The notes under the pieces: model-generated | What the model saw: the letters and a program-made list of their open reading frames with translations, nothing else | Database searches by the model: none | What the model was told of the DNA's origin: nothing | Program-made: the position numbers and the translations under genes | DNA from: an uncultured delta proteobacterium | GTDB taxonomy: Bacteria; Desulfobacterota; RBG-13-43-22 | Assembly (NCBI GenBank): GCA_963790475.1 | Contig: CAWBOS010000010.1 | Span: forward strand, 384,001-448,000 | Length of the DNA: 64,000 bases | Direction: 5' to 3' | Part shown: one piece after another, positions 10,104 to 18,656 of the stretch | Layout of the letters: each line of letters opens with the position of its first letter | How positions within the stretch are numbered: the stretch's first letter is position 1

Positions 10104-10190
10104 GCCGAAGTGGCGGAATTGGTAGACGCGCTAGGTTCAGGGTCTAGTAGGTGAACACCTGTAGGGGTTCGAGTCCCCTCTTCGGCACCA
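10104..10190 (+). tRNA. tRNA-Leu (anticodon CAG), long variable arm, encoded CCA
   Basis: Acceptor stem GCCGAAG/CTTCGGC-ACCA; D-arm GGCGGAATTGGTAGACGC; anticodon arm CTAGG-TTCAGGG-TCTAG; variable arm AGGTGAACACCT; T-arm AGGGGTTCGAGTCCCCT. Confidence 0.97.
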
Positions 10191-10201
10191 GGTGATTAGA
10201 A

Positions 10202-10238
10202 GCGGGTAAGCTTTCAATAGCTTGCCCGTTTTCATTTT
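10202..10238 (+). terminator. Intrinsic terminator after tRNA-Leu
   Basis: GCGGGTAAGCT-ttcaat-AGCTTGCCCGT followed by TTTCATTTT. Confidence 0.7.
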
Positions 10239-10344
10239 GGGAAGGTTGCGAAAGGTCAGAAGGGTTGTCGGCGTGACGAGTGGGAAATCGACAACCTGGT
10301 TTATTTCAGCCTATTCTTTGTTGGAAGCCTGATTTCCGAAACCG

Positions 10345-10982
10345 GTAATTTCTTTTAGGTAAACCCCCGGCTCTGCCGGGGGACTCCCAGAGTTTGACAA
10401 TTCCGGGAGAATAAGAAAGCCTCCAACCTGTGAACCGCTCAAGTTTACAGAGGAGGAGGCTTTCCATGAAAAACGAACAAAGTTTAACCCATACGAAGTG
10501 GGAATGCAAATACCATATTGTCTGGATACCGAAGTATCGGAAGAAAAAATTATACGGGCAAGTACGAAAATATTTAGGGGCGCTATTCAAGGACTTGGCC
10601 ATCCAGCGTGAATGTACGATTATCGAAGGGCATTTACAACCGGACCATGTCCACATTTTAATCTCGATACCTCCGAAATATGCTGTTTCGCAAGTAGTTG
10701 GGTATCTCAAAGGCAAAAGCGCCATTCAAGTAGCCCGAGCCTATTTGGGGCGAAGAAAGAATTTCAGTGGCCAGAATTTTTGGGCTCGGGGTTATTTTGT
10801 TTCAACCGTGGGCAAAGATGAAGATGAAACACGGTTATATATAAAGACTCAAGAAAAGGAAGATCAACGTCTCGATCAACTCCTTTTGTTCGATGAAGAA
10901 CCACCTTCAGGTGGTCAATAAATAATCCGCTTTGAGCGGTTCACAATTTCAAGCCTCCGGCTTTGCCGGAGGTCTGGTGACT
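10345..10982 (+). mobile_element. IS200/IS605-family element, IS200 type (tnpA only); ends approximate
   Basis: Subterminal hairpins CCCCCGGC-TCT-GCCGGGGG (10364-82) and CCTCCGGC-TTT-GCCGGAGG (10954-72) flank a Y1 transposase; no tnpB. Confidence 0.88.
10466..10921 (+). CDS. tnpA: IS200-family Y1 (HUH) transposase
   Basis: YHIVWIPKYR, HUH motif DHVHIL, FWARGYFVSTVG, catalytic Y..Q (LYIKTQ); GGAGG RBS before ATG 10466. Confidence 0.95.
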   Translation: MKNEQSLTHTKWECKYHIVWIPKYRKKKLYGQVRKYLGALFKDLAIQRECTIIEGHLQPDHVHILISIPPKYAVSQVVGYLKGKSAIQVARAYLGRRKNFSGQNFWARGYFVSTVGKDEDETRLYIKTQEKEDQRLDQLLLFDEEPPSGGQ

Positions 10983-11121
10983 CCCACCTTTGAATGGGAT
11001 CCAACTGGTAATAGACGGCATACCGGATCTGGCCTTCTTCAGCGAATCCAGGACTTCCCCCGGTATTCCCGACAACTGCGCTGGGGACCCCGATACCAAC
11101 GAAAATCTTTCCGAAATTGCC

Positions 11122-11388
11122 TTATTTCTCTTGAGATGCTACGATATATTCAGCCATGGTTTTTATAGAGGTGAATATCTTGCGCGCTTCTTTTGGGTTT
11201 TCGATCTTAATACCGTAATTTTTTTCCAAATACATGACCAGCTCCATCGCATCGATAGAATCAAGACCCAACCCGTCTCCGAAAAGAGGCGCTTCCGTTT
11301 CAATTTCTTCCGGTGTAAGTTCTAACAGGTTCAGCAGGGATATGATATCTTCCTTCAGTTTGAGAATCAGTTCCTCCATGGTTTTCAT
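11122..11388 (-). CDS. Acyl carrier protein
   Basis: LFGDGLGLDSIDAMEL with the phosphopantetheinylated Ser; acidic 88-aa protein of the type found in aryl-polyene-like clusters. Confidence 0.9.
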   Translation of the reverse strand: MKTMEELILKLKEDIISLLNLLELTPEEIETEAPLFGDGLGLDSIDAMELVMYLEKNYGIKIENPKEARKIFTSIKTMAEYIVASQEK

Positions 11389-11645
11389 TTTCCTTTAAAT
11401 AGTTTTTCCAAGTTCAAAGGGTAGAAGCTAACACATTCTTTAAATTTTTTAAATCTTTTTATCCTGTCTTCCTGCTCAACCATAAACAGAAAGGATAGAA
11501 ATGGTTGACTATTGAGCGTCAGAGGCAGTACAATTATCAATAATATAGCTATAGCACTAACGACGAGGGCTCAGACCAGCGTCAATGTGCAAGCTCGCTT
11601 TTGAAAAATAGAATTCCCCTTGCTTCATAAATATATTTCCCCGAA

Positions 11646-11693
11646 AAAATCCCCCCGTCCCCCCTTTGAAAAAGGGGAGCGCAGGGGGATTTT
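11646..11693. repeat. REP-like palindrome
   Basis: AAAATCCCCC...CCCCTTT-GAA-AAAGGGG...GGGGGATTTT nested inverted repeat. Confidence 0.7.
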
Positions 11694-11711
11694 AATAGGT
11701 GTAGGGCTTTC

Positions 11712-12620
11712 ATGGATCAAATTCTAGAAGGACTTTATCGCTTGGGAAGTCCCGAGTTTCCTGCTTTTCTCGTGGTTGGGAGCCATCGCCTTGTCCAGGT
11801 CGATGCCGGGCCTGCCTTCATGGGGCCGGTGTATCTCCAAGACATCCAAAAAGTGCTGAGGAACGGAAGAGGTCCGGGCTTTCTTTTCCATACCCATTCC
11901 CATTTCGACCATGTAGGCAGCACCCCCTTTCTGCAGCGGCAGTTTCCGGATATAAAAATAGGCGGCAGCGAAACGTTCGCCAGGCGGCTCTCTCAGACAA
12001 AGACTGCGAAAACCATAGCGGATCTCAACCGTGGGCTTGTCCAGAAAAATAATATGGACAGGGCCTTTATCCCCGGGGATTTTGACTACAGCCTTCTAAC
12101 CGTCGAACAGATTCTTAAAGACGGGGATTTTGTTGATCTGGGAGGCGGGGCATCGCTTGAGGTCATCGCCACCCCCGGCCACACCAGCGACAGCCTGAGC
12201 TTCTTTCTGCCCCACCTGGAGGCCGTGCTGGCGGGCGATGCGCTTGGAATCATGCCGGGAGATGATTCCTGGGTGGCGCCCCAGTTTCTATCCAGCTATG
12301 AGGACTATCTCGACTCCATCGAGCGGATCCGGAAGAGAGCGCCGAAAACCATCCTGTTGGGTCATCACTCCGTGGTGCTCCAAGCGGAAGGCGAAAGATT
12401 TTTCAATGCCGCTGTGGCCGACTGTCGGGCGTTTCGGGAAATGATCGAACAGTACCTGAAGCAATCCCAGATGAAGGAAGAACTTGTCGTCCAGCGTATC
12501 CAGGCCGCTGAGTATCAAACGCTTCGAGGGGGCAAACAGCCCGAGGCGGCTTTTCTTTTAAATCTCACCGCCCAGGTTCGCTTGATCGCTATAGCAATGA
12601 AAAGGGACAGGTCCGACTGA
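11712..12620 (+). CDS. MBL-fold metallo-hydrolase
   Basis: THSHFDHVG (HxHxDH), TPGHT, LAGD and LGH motifs. Confidence 0.88.
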   Translation: MDQILEGLYRLGSPEFPAFLVVGSHRLVQVDAGPAFMGPVYLQDIQKVLRNGRGPGFLFHTHSHFDHVGSTPFLQRQFPDIKIGGSETFARRLSQTKTAKTIADLNRGLVQKNNMDRAFIPGDFDYSLLTVEQILKDGDFVDLGGGASLEVIATPGHTSDSLSFFLPHLEAVLAGDALGIMPGDDSWVAPQFLSSYEDYLDSIERIRKRAPKTILLGHHSVVLQAEGERFFNAAVADCRAFREMIEQYLKQSQMKEELVVQRIQAAEYQTLRGGKQPEAAFLLNLTAQVRLIAIAMKRDRSD

Positions 12621-12683
12621 TTCTTTTGTTGCTGGTTACTTGTCCAGAATTTGCGTTCCCACGCAGGAGTCTGGAAACGATAG

Positions 12684-12775
12684 AATAGGTCAGCCATCCT
12701 GGCTGACTAAATATAATGGTCAGGCAAGATGCCCGACCTATTTTACTTGAGCTTCAGCCTTCAGTCTTCAGCCTG
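12684..12775. repeat. REP-like inverted doublet followed by CTTCAG(C/T) heptamers
   Basis: AATAGGTCAGCCATCCTGGCTGAC...GTCAGGCAAGATGCCCGACCTATT (12684-12742), then CTTCAGC-CTTCAGT-CTTCAGC; lies between convergent genes. Confidence 0.65.
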
Positions 12776-12780
12776 TTTTT

Positions 12781-14307
12781 TTAAACCCCCGGTCCGAGCC
12801 TGTCTTTAAGCTCCCTTTTCAGTATCTTACCGGCACTGTTGCGGGGGAATTCTTTTACAAAAACGACCTTTTTGGGAATCTTAAAGTAGGCAACCTTTTC
12901 AAGGAGGATTTCGAACAGTTTTTCTTCAGTCATGGCAGCGCCTTCGTTCAGCAAAACAAAGGCCGCCACCACTTCGCCCCGCTTGGAATCCGGCATCCCG
13001 ACCGCTGCGGCCTCCGCCACTTGAGGAATTGATTCAATGGCACGCTCCACTTCGGCGGCATAGATATTTTCGCCCGAACTGATAATCATATCGATCTTTC
13101 GGCCGACAATAAAAAGAAACCCCTCACCATCCTGTTTCCCCAGATCGCCGGTGTGGAACCATCCATCGCGGAAAGCCGCCTGCGTCTCCTGCGGCTTATT
13201 CCAGTATTTTAATAAAACGGTGGGGCCTTTTACCACCACCTCTCCAACTTCGCCCTGGGGCACATCCCTGCCGCTGTCGTCCACGATTCGCAAATGGGTG
13301 TGGAATACCTCTTTGCCGACCGAGCCGGCTTTGCGGATGGTGTCTTCGAGATCCAGGGAGGTCAGTCGCAGGGTTTCGGTCATAGCATACCCCTGGGTGA
13401 ACCGGACGCCCTTTTCCTCCTGATACTTGCGGATCAGGTCAATGGACATGGAAGCCCCGCCGGCAATAAAGAAATACACATGGGAAAAATCAGCTCTTTC
13501 CCAGGCCTCGCTTTTGGCCATCATGTCAAACATCACCGGCACCGCAAACATGTAGTTGATTTTTTCAGCGCAGATAAGCTCAACAACTTCCGAAGGGTTG
13601 TCGAAACTTTTGAGAACCAGCGAGCCCCCGGCATAAATGACCGGGGTAGCCGAAGCGGCCAGAGCCCCGATGTGAAAAAGGGGAGCCACTACGAGGGATT
13701 TGCAGTTGGAGCCGATGCCGTAGCCGATCAGAGAATGGATGGCCCCAAAAAGAAAGTTTTCATGCGAAAGCACGGCCCCTTTGGGATCGCCTGTCGTCCC
13801 GGAGGTATACATGATTACCAAGGGATCCTTCAGGGTCAATTCTTCCGCTGGAATCGGTTCTTCCTCCGGAAATGAGGCCGTAAAATCCGAAAGAGAAGGA
13901 TCGCTGGAAAATCCGTCGTCGCCATGCTTGAGATAATGTTCAACCGCCGGGGATGCAGCTTTTAGCCCCTCGGCTTTGTCTGCGAATTCAGTAGAATAGA
14001 TTAGGGCCCGGGGAGCGGCATCTTTGATGATATAACCCATTTCCGGAAGCGCCAGTCTTAAATTAATGGGGACGATCATTGCACCGGTTTTGGCGCAGGC
14101 AAAAAAGACTTCCAGAAATTCGCTGGAATTGACCATCAGGGTGGCCACCCGTTCGCCCTTTTTGACGCCGAGCGCTTTCAACGCCCGGGCGGTTTGGTTC
14201 ACCCGGGCATTGAACTGGTGGTTGTTGAATGCCCGGTCTTCCTGTTTTAGAAAAGGGCGCTGCGGATAAGTCAACGCGCGCTTGTAAATCCACTCTCCTA
14301 TGTTCAT
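12781..14307 (-). CDS. Acyl-CoA/acyl-ACP ligase (AMP-binding, FadD/MenE-like)
   Basis: YTSGTTGDPKG, QGYAMTE, WFHTGD, GRKIDMIISSGENIY, PRNSAGKILK. Confidence 0.9.
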   Translation of the reverse strand: MNIGEWIYKRALTYPQRPFLKQEDRAFNNHQFNARVNQTARALKALGVKKGERVATLMVNSSEFLEVFFACAKTGAMIVPINLRLALPEMGYIIKDAAPRALIYSTEFADKAEGLKAASPAVEHYLKHGDDGFSSDPSLSDFTASFPEEEPIPAEELTLKDPLVIMYTSGTTGDPKGAVLSHENFLFGAIHSLIGYGIGSNCKSLVVAPLFHIGALAASATPVIYAGGSLVLKSFDNPSEVVELICAEKINYMFAVPVMFDMMAKSEAWERADFSHVYFFIAGGASMSIDLIRKYQEEKGVRFTQGYAMTETLRLTSLDLEDTIRKAGSVGKEVFHTHLRIVDDSGRDVPQGEVGEVVVKGPTVLLKYWNKPQETQAAFRDGWFHTGDLGKQDGEGFLFIVGRKIDMIISSGENIYAAEVERAIESIPQVAEAAAVGMPDSKRGEVVAAFVLLNEGAAMTEEKLFEILLEKVAYFKIPKKVVFVKEFPRNSAGKILKRELKDRLGPGV

Positions 14308-14319
14308 CGAAATTACTCC

Positions 14320-14481
14320 TTAAAAGGTTGCTGAAAAAGGCCCATCTATCCGCCATGGCGGGATTGCCCTCATCCCTCCCCGCCTTTCGGCGGGGCAGGC
14401 TATGCGGCGTACCTCTGTGTACGCCTCATTCCTCGGAATTTCGGGCGCCTTGTATCTGGACCTTTTTGAGCAACCTTTTAA
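14320..14481. mobile_element. MITE-like element with terminal inverted repeats and nested hairpins
   Basis: TTAAAAGGTTGCTGAAAAAGG (from 14320) vs CCTTTTTGAGCAACCTTTTAA (to 14481), one mismatch; internal hairpins CCGCCATGGCGG, CCCCGCC-TTTC-GGCGGGG and GGCGTAC-N6-GTACGCC. Confidence 0.7.
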
Positions 14482-14503
14482 AAAATTGTTTTTACGCAAA
14501 TTG

Positions 14504-15727
14504 TTAAGTAATATTTTTTAGCACCAGAGAAACAAAGGTCCCGCCGGAAGAAAACCCGTTGATCAGGCCGAAATTGATGGGAAGGTCTATCTTTTTGTCC
14601 ATGACAAACCGCAGCGAACGGATCGGATTTTCAAGACCGACCGTGGGGGGAATGCTTCCCGCCTTTATCGATACGGCCATGGCCGCCGTCCTTATCCCCC
14701 CCGAGGAGAAGCTCTCACCGACAGCCCCTTTAATAGCGCTGATATAGGGTCGATCCGCAGCACTTCCAAATACGATGGACAGGGCCTCGGCCTCAAGGGC
14801 GTCCAGTCTGCTACCGCCGCTGGCGGCGGCCGAGACATAATCGATGTCGCCGGGGGCGATCCCGGCCGAATTCAGCGCCCGTGTAATCGCCAGGACCGGA
14901 CCCCGGGGATCTGAAGGCCAGTCGGTGGGCGGGGCCGGCGCTGAGCTCTGGCCCCACCCGGCAATTTCACAATAGGGTCTGACCCCGCGGGCCTCGGCCT
15001 GCGAGAAGGTCTCCAGGCATACCATCCCCGCCCCCTCGCCGACTACCGGTCCGTTTCGCCGGATGTCAAAGGGACGGGCTCCCTCCGGCCCCCCGTTGGC
15101 CGGGGAAAGGGCCTTAAAATGGGTCAGCACTCTAAAAAAGAATTCTGAAATTATATCTACTCCACCGGCGAACATAACATCGGCCCGACCTCGTTTAATC
15201 TCAGAAGCGGCGTAGACGATGGCGGTCTCGGCCGAGGCCTCATGGTGATTGATGGTTGAGTTGACCCCCCTGAAGCCAAGCTCGATGGAAGTATGGCCGG
15301 CTGGCGCGTTCATCACGGTATTGGGCACCTGAAAGGGACCGACCATCCCCGGGCCTTCGCTGAAAAGCACTCCGGCAAACTGGGCGGCAACGTCAGTGCT
15401 GCCGACGGCGGTCCCCAGGATAATTCCCGTCCGATCCCGGTTGGAGACGTTTATGCTAACCCCGGCATCCTCCAGGGCCATCCTGGCTGAAGCGGATGTC
15501 AGAGAGGAAGTCCGGTCCATCTTGCGAAGGTTTTTCACGGAGATGAACGCCCTGGGGCTGAAGTCCCTTACGGCCGCCCCCAGTTTGGAAGGAAAACGGG
15601 ACGTATCAAAAGTCGTAATCGGGGAGATGCCACAGTCTCCCCGGAGAAGTTTCTGCGAGAATGCATCCTTGCCAACCCCTAAGGGAGTGACCAGGCCGAC
15701 CCCGGATATGACCACACGGTCACTCAT
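14504..15727 (-). CDS. Beta-ketoacyl synthase-like protein lacking the catalytic triad (chain-length-factor-like)
   Basis: FabF fold (RVVISGVGLVTPLG, RPFD.RRNG...GEGAG). Catalytic Cys position reads HHEASA and the His positions read SAAAS and GES. Start overlaps the KS stop (ATGAGTGA). Confidence 0.82.
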   Translation of the reverse strand: MSDRVVISGVGLVTPLGVGKDAFSQKLLRGDCGISPITTFDTSRFPSKLGAAVRDFSPRAFISVKNLRKMDRTSSLTSASARMALEDAGVSINVSNRDRTGIILGTAVGSTDVAAQFAGVLFSEGPGMVGPFQVPNTVMNAPAGHTSIELGFRGVNSTINHHEASAETAIVYAASEIKRGRADVMFAGGVDIISEFFFRVLTHFKALSPANGGPEGARPFDIRRNGPVVGEGAGMVCLETFSQAEARGVRPYCEIAGWGQSSAPAPPTDWPSDPRGPVLAITRALNSAGIAPGDIDYVSAAASGGSRLDALEAEALSIVFGSAADRPYISAIKGAVGESFSSGGIRTAAMAVSIKAGSIPPTVGLENPIRSLRFVMDKKIDLPINFGLINGFSSGGTFVSLVLKNIT

Positions 15728-16967
15728 GGGTGATCCCTCTCGGGGTATAACTTCCCAAAACGATGGCGGTGTTGTTTCCGCCGAAGGCAAAAGAATTGGA
15801 AAGAACGATATTCAACTCCGTCTCCCGGCTGCCTTCGGTAACATAGTCCAGATCACATTCGGGGTCGTGTTCGGTCAGGTGAATCGTTGGCGGAATAAAA
15901 TGCTGAAAAATCCCCAGAACGCAAGCCACTGCTTCGATGGCGCCGGCCGCGCCCAAGGTGTGGCCCGTCATGGATTTTGTGGAACTCACCGGGATGTGAT
16001 AGGCCCGTTTGCCGAAAACCGCCTTGATCCCCATGGTTTCTATAGAATCGTTGGCCGGGGTGGCCGTGCCATGGGCGTTGATATAGTCCACCTGCTCAGG
16101 GGCTACGCCGCTGTCCTGCAAGGCGGCCTCTATACAGCGCACGGCCCCGGAAGCCTGGGGATCCGGAGCGGTCATATGGTAGCTGTCGCAACTCACCCCG
16201 TATCCGAGGACCTCCCCGTAGATGCGCGCTCCCCGCTTTTGCGCCTGGCTCCAGGCCTCCAGGACCATGATGCCGGCACCTTCGCCGAGGGAGAGTCCCT
16301 GCCGGTTTTTGTCAAAAGGCTTGCAATATTCCGGATCCACCGCCTGCAGCGCGTTAAAAGCAGCGTAAGTAATCCGGCAAAGGGGTTCGGCGCCGCCGGC
16401 GATAATAGTGGTTGCCGTCCCCTCCCGGATCAGATCCCTGGCATACCCGATGGCCGTGGCGCCGGATGAACAGGCGGTCATGAATGTGGTTTTGGGTCCC
16501 ATGAGCCCTAAGTTTGATGCGATCTGGTCCGCGGAAGAGGCGCAGCAGAAGGCCGAAAAACGCGAATAGCGGACGCCTTTGCCGCTGCCCTTGAGATATT
16601 GGCGATAGGCCTCTTCGCCTTCCAGCATGCCGCCGGCCCCGCCGCCGATAACAACGCCGGTATCCGCCTGCAGGACTTCCGGAAAAGGGAAAAGTCCAGC
16701 ATCGCTCAAGGCCTCCAGCGCAGCCGCCATGGCCATGCGGTCCGAACGAGACCTCCGCTTCAAGGAGAATTCGGGCGGGATTATCTCGCCGGGTACAAAA
16801 TTTTTAACTTCCCCGCCGGTATGGGTTCTGAAGTCGGTCGTATCAAAAACCGTGACCGGTCCGATGCCGCATACCCCTTGTCTTAGGGCTGCGCTGAATT
16901 TGGAGGCACTCCCGGCGACGGCATTGATGGTTCCCAGTCCGGTGATGACGACTCTTTCTTTTTCCAT
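15720..16967 (-). CDS. fabF: Beta-ketoacyl-ACP synthase II-type ketosynthase (intact C-H-H triad)
   Basis: TACSSG, INAHGTAT, STKSMTGHTLGAAG, SNSFAFGGNN. Confidence 0.88.
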   Translation of the reverse strand: MEKERVVITGLGTINAVAGSASKFSAALRQGVCGIGPVTVFDTTDFRTHTGGEVKNFVPGEIIPPEFSLKRRSRSDRMAMAAALEALSDAGLFPFPEVLQADTGVVIGGGAGGMLEGEEAYRQYLKGSGKGVRYSRFSAFCCASSADQIASNLGLMGPKTTFMTACSSGATAIGYARDLIREGTATTIIAGGAEPLCRITYAAFNALQAVDPEYCKPFDKNRQGLSLGEGAGIMVLEAWSQAQKRGARIYGEVLGYGVSCDSYHMTAPDPQASGAVRCIEAALQDSGVAPEQVDYINAHGTATPANDSIETMGIKAVFGKRAYHIPVSSTKSMTGHTLGAAGAIEAVACVLGIFQHFIPPTIHLTEHDPECDLDYVTEGSRETELNIVLSNSFAFGGNNTAIVLGSYTPRGITHE

Positions 16968-17020
16968 AAGAACTCAATAGGAACTATTTATGACAATAAG
17001 AATTTGCTTTTTGACAGGGG

Positions 17021-17049
17021 AGTATAAACTAAGGGGAAAATGGGGTCAA
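17021..17049 (-). promoter_or_regulatory. Sigma70-type promoter for the KS-CLF-ligase operon
   Basis: Minus strand TTGACC (17049-44), 17-nt spacer, TATACT (17026-21), ~55 nt upstream of the KS start. Confidence 0.6.
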
Positions 17050-17487
17050 GGCGAAAACGGGCGGAAACCAGGAGAAACCTGACTTTTTTGAAGGCCCGAC
17101 TTGAATGGGATCTTCGGGGAAACCGGCAATCAATCCGGCTGTGGATGCTACCGTTGCCATTTCCCTTCGGAAGCTCTCTGCTGGTCCTGGGGCGCAGGGC
17201 ATGATCCCACTATTGGTTTGTAATTAGAATGCAAATTCTGCATAATAAAGAAATTGTGGGGTCCGGGGAAATAGGGTGTAACGGCCCAACCCTGGAATTT
17301 TAAATGGCTTTTATAAATTACATGACCGCTTTATCTTAATGTGATATAAATATTGCCAATCCGGCCGGAGGAAATTTTCAACCTAACCTTTCCGGATTTT
17401 TCGGTTGGGCGCTTCGTCTATTCCCCTTTATCGAAAACCAAAATAACAAGATGAAATTGACTAGAATATTAAAGAGGTGTAAAGAGG

Positions 17488-18555
17488 ATGGAAACCATCA
17501 ACGGGTATCAGTTTGAAACAGGGATATACCGCCCCCCCAGCGAGGGCGGGAGCAATTCCCTTTTGATGCGGTTTACGCGAAACTGTCCCTGGAACCAGTG
17601 CACTTTTTGCGGGATGTATAAAGAAGAAAAATTTTCTTTCCGGTCTGCGGAGGAAATAAAAAGTGATATCGACTCGATAGCCGCCTTTTGTACCGGATTG
17701 ATGTCCATTTCAGTCGAACTCGGGTTCAAGGGCGAAATAAACCGGGCCGTTATCATGGAGATGATCCAAAGGGAACCGTACTTGAATACCCATTCCGGTT
17801 TAATCATGGTCTTGAACTGGCTCCTGTCCGGAGGAAAAACCGCCTTCTTGCAGGATGGCAACAGCCCGGGCATGCAAACTGAAACTCTGGTTGAGGTCTT
17901 GAAGTATCTTAGAGAGACCTTTCCATCTCTGGAAAGGGTTACCTCCTATGCCCGGTCTAAAACACTGGCCCGCAAAAGTCTGGATGATTGGAAGGCGATT
18001 CATCAGGCCGGTCTGGACCGGCTGCATGTCGGTTTGGAAACCGGGGATGATGCGCTTTTGAAAAGGGTCAAAAAGGGGGTCACTGCCGCCGAACACATCG
18101 AGGGGGGGAAAAAGGCCATGGAGGCCGGGTTTCAACTGTCCGAATACTGGATGCCGGGGCTGGGGGGCAAAGAAGGGTGGGAAGCCCATGCCCGGAATAC
18201 AGCCCTGGTCCTAAGTGCCATTAACCCCCATTACATCCGATCCCGTCCTTTTGTCCCTTCTCCGGGAACCCCAATCTTCGAAGAATTTGCCAGCGGAGCC
18301 AATCACACTTTGACCGGGGAAGAACAACTGCAGGAACTCAAGGTGATGATCGAGGCCCTGGAAGTCACTTCCAAGGTCTGTTTTGACCATGCGGGAAATT
18401 ACTGGTTGAATCGAAGGGGGCATCTGTTGTTCACCCAGGACTATGAGGGATATCGGTTTCCGGATGAGAAACCCCGGGTTCTGACCCTGATCGCTGAAGG
18501 CATCGAGGCCCAGAGAATCCGCCCCCGGACCATAAGATACGATTTCTTGCTCTAA
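17488..18555 (+). CDS. Radical SAM protein, function unknown
   Basis: CxxxCxxC (CPWNQCTFC), IYRPPSE, HVGLETGDD. Confidence 0.88.
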   Translation: METINGYQFETGIYRPPSEGGSNSLLMRFTRNCPWNQCTFCGMYKEEKFSFRSAEEIKSDIDSIAAFCTGLMSISVELGFKGEINRAVIMEMIQREPYLNTHSGLIMVLNWLLSGGKTAFLQDGNSPGMQTETLVEVLKYLRETFPSLERVTSYARSKTLARKSLDDWKAIHQAGLDRLHVGLETGDDALLKRVKKGVTAAEHIEGGKKAMEAGFQLSEYWMPGLGGKEGWEAHARNTALVLSAINPHYIRSRPFVPSPGTPIFEEFASGANHTLTGEEQLQELKVMIEALEVTSKVCFDHAGNYWLNRRGHLLFTQDYEGYRFPDEKPRVLTLIAEGIEAQRIRPRTIRYDFLL

Positions 18556-18656
18556 GCATCTATCCCAACATGCATAAAATTTTGAAAAGGTCCAAGGGGG
18601 TCTTATGCTTGGGGATCATCCAAGATGTAGAAATTAATTAAGGAGGATAGCTCTAA

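Noticed and set aside
10104-10982. Integrative element or TnpB/omega-RNA system at tRNA-Leu
   Set aside because: No integrase, no duplicated tRNA 3' end seen, and the IS ends ~60 nt after tnpA with no tnpB.
10983-11030. Resemblance to a TPP riboswitch core (CCTTTGAA...GATCC...GGTAAT)
   Set aside because: The CTGAGA and CCTG/AGG elements are missing, and no thiamine-related gene lies downstream in that orientation.
15396-16469. 357-aa plus-strand ORF, and similar long antisense ORFs such as 22329-23306, 46443-47456 and 58268-59710
   Set aside because: They lie opposite well-supported genes, have no recognisable motifs and are typical antisense shadows of GC-rich coding DNA.
10990-17112. 12-bp direct repeat TTGAATGGGATC (10990 and 17101) bracketing the KS/ACP cassette as possible att sites
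   Set aside because: Many 12-mer matches are expected by chance in 64 kb; it does not match the tRNA 3' end and no integrase is present.
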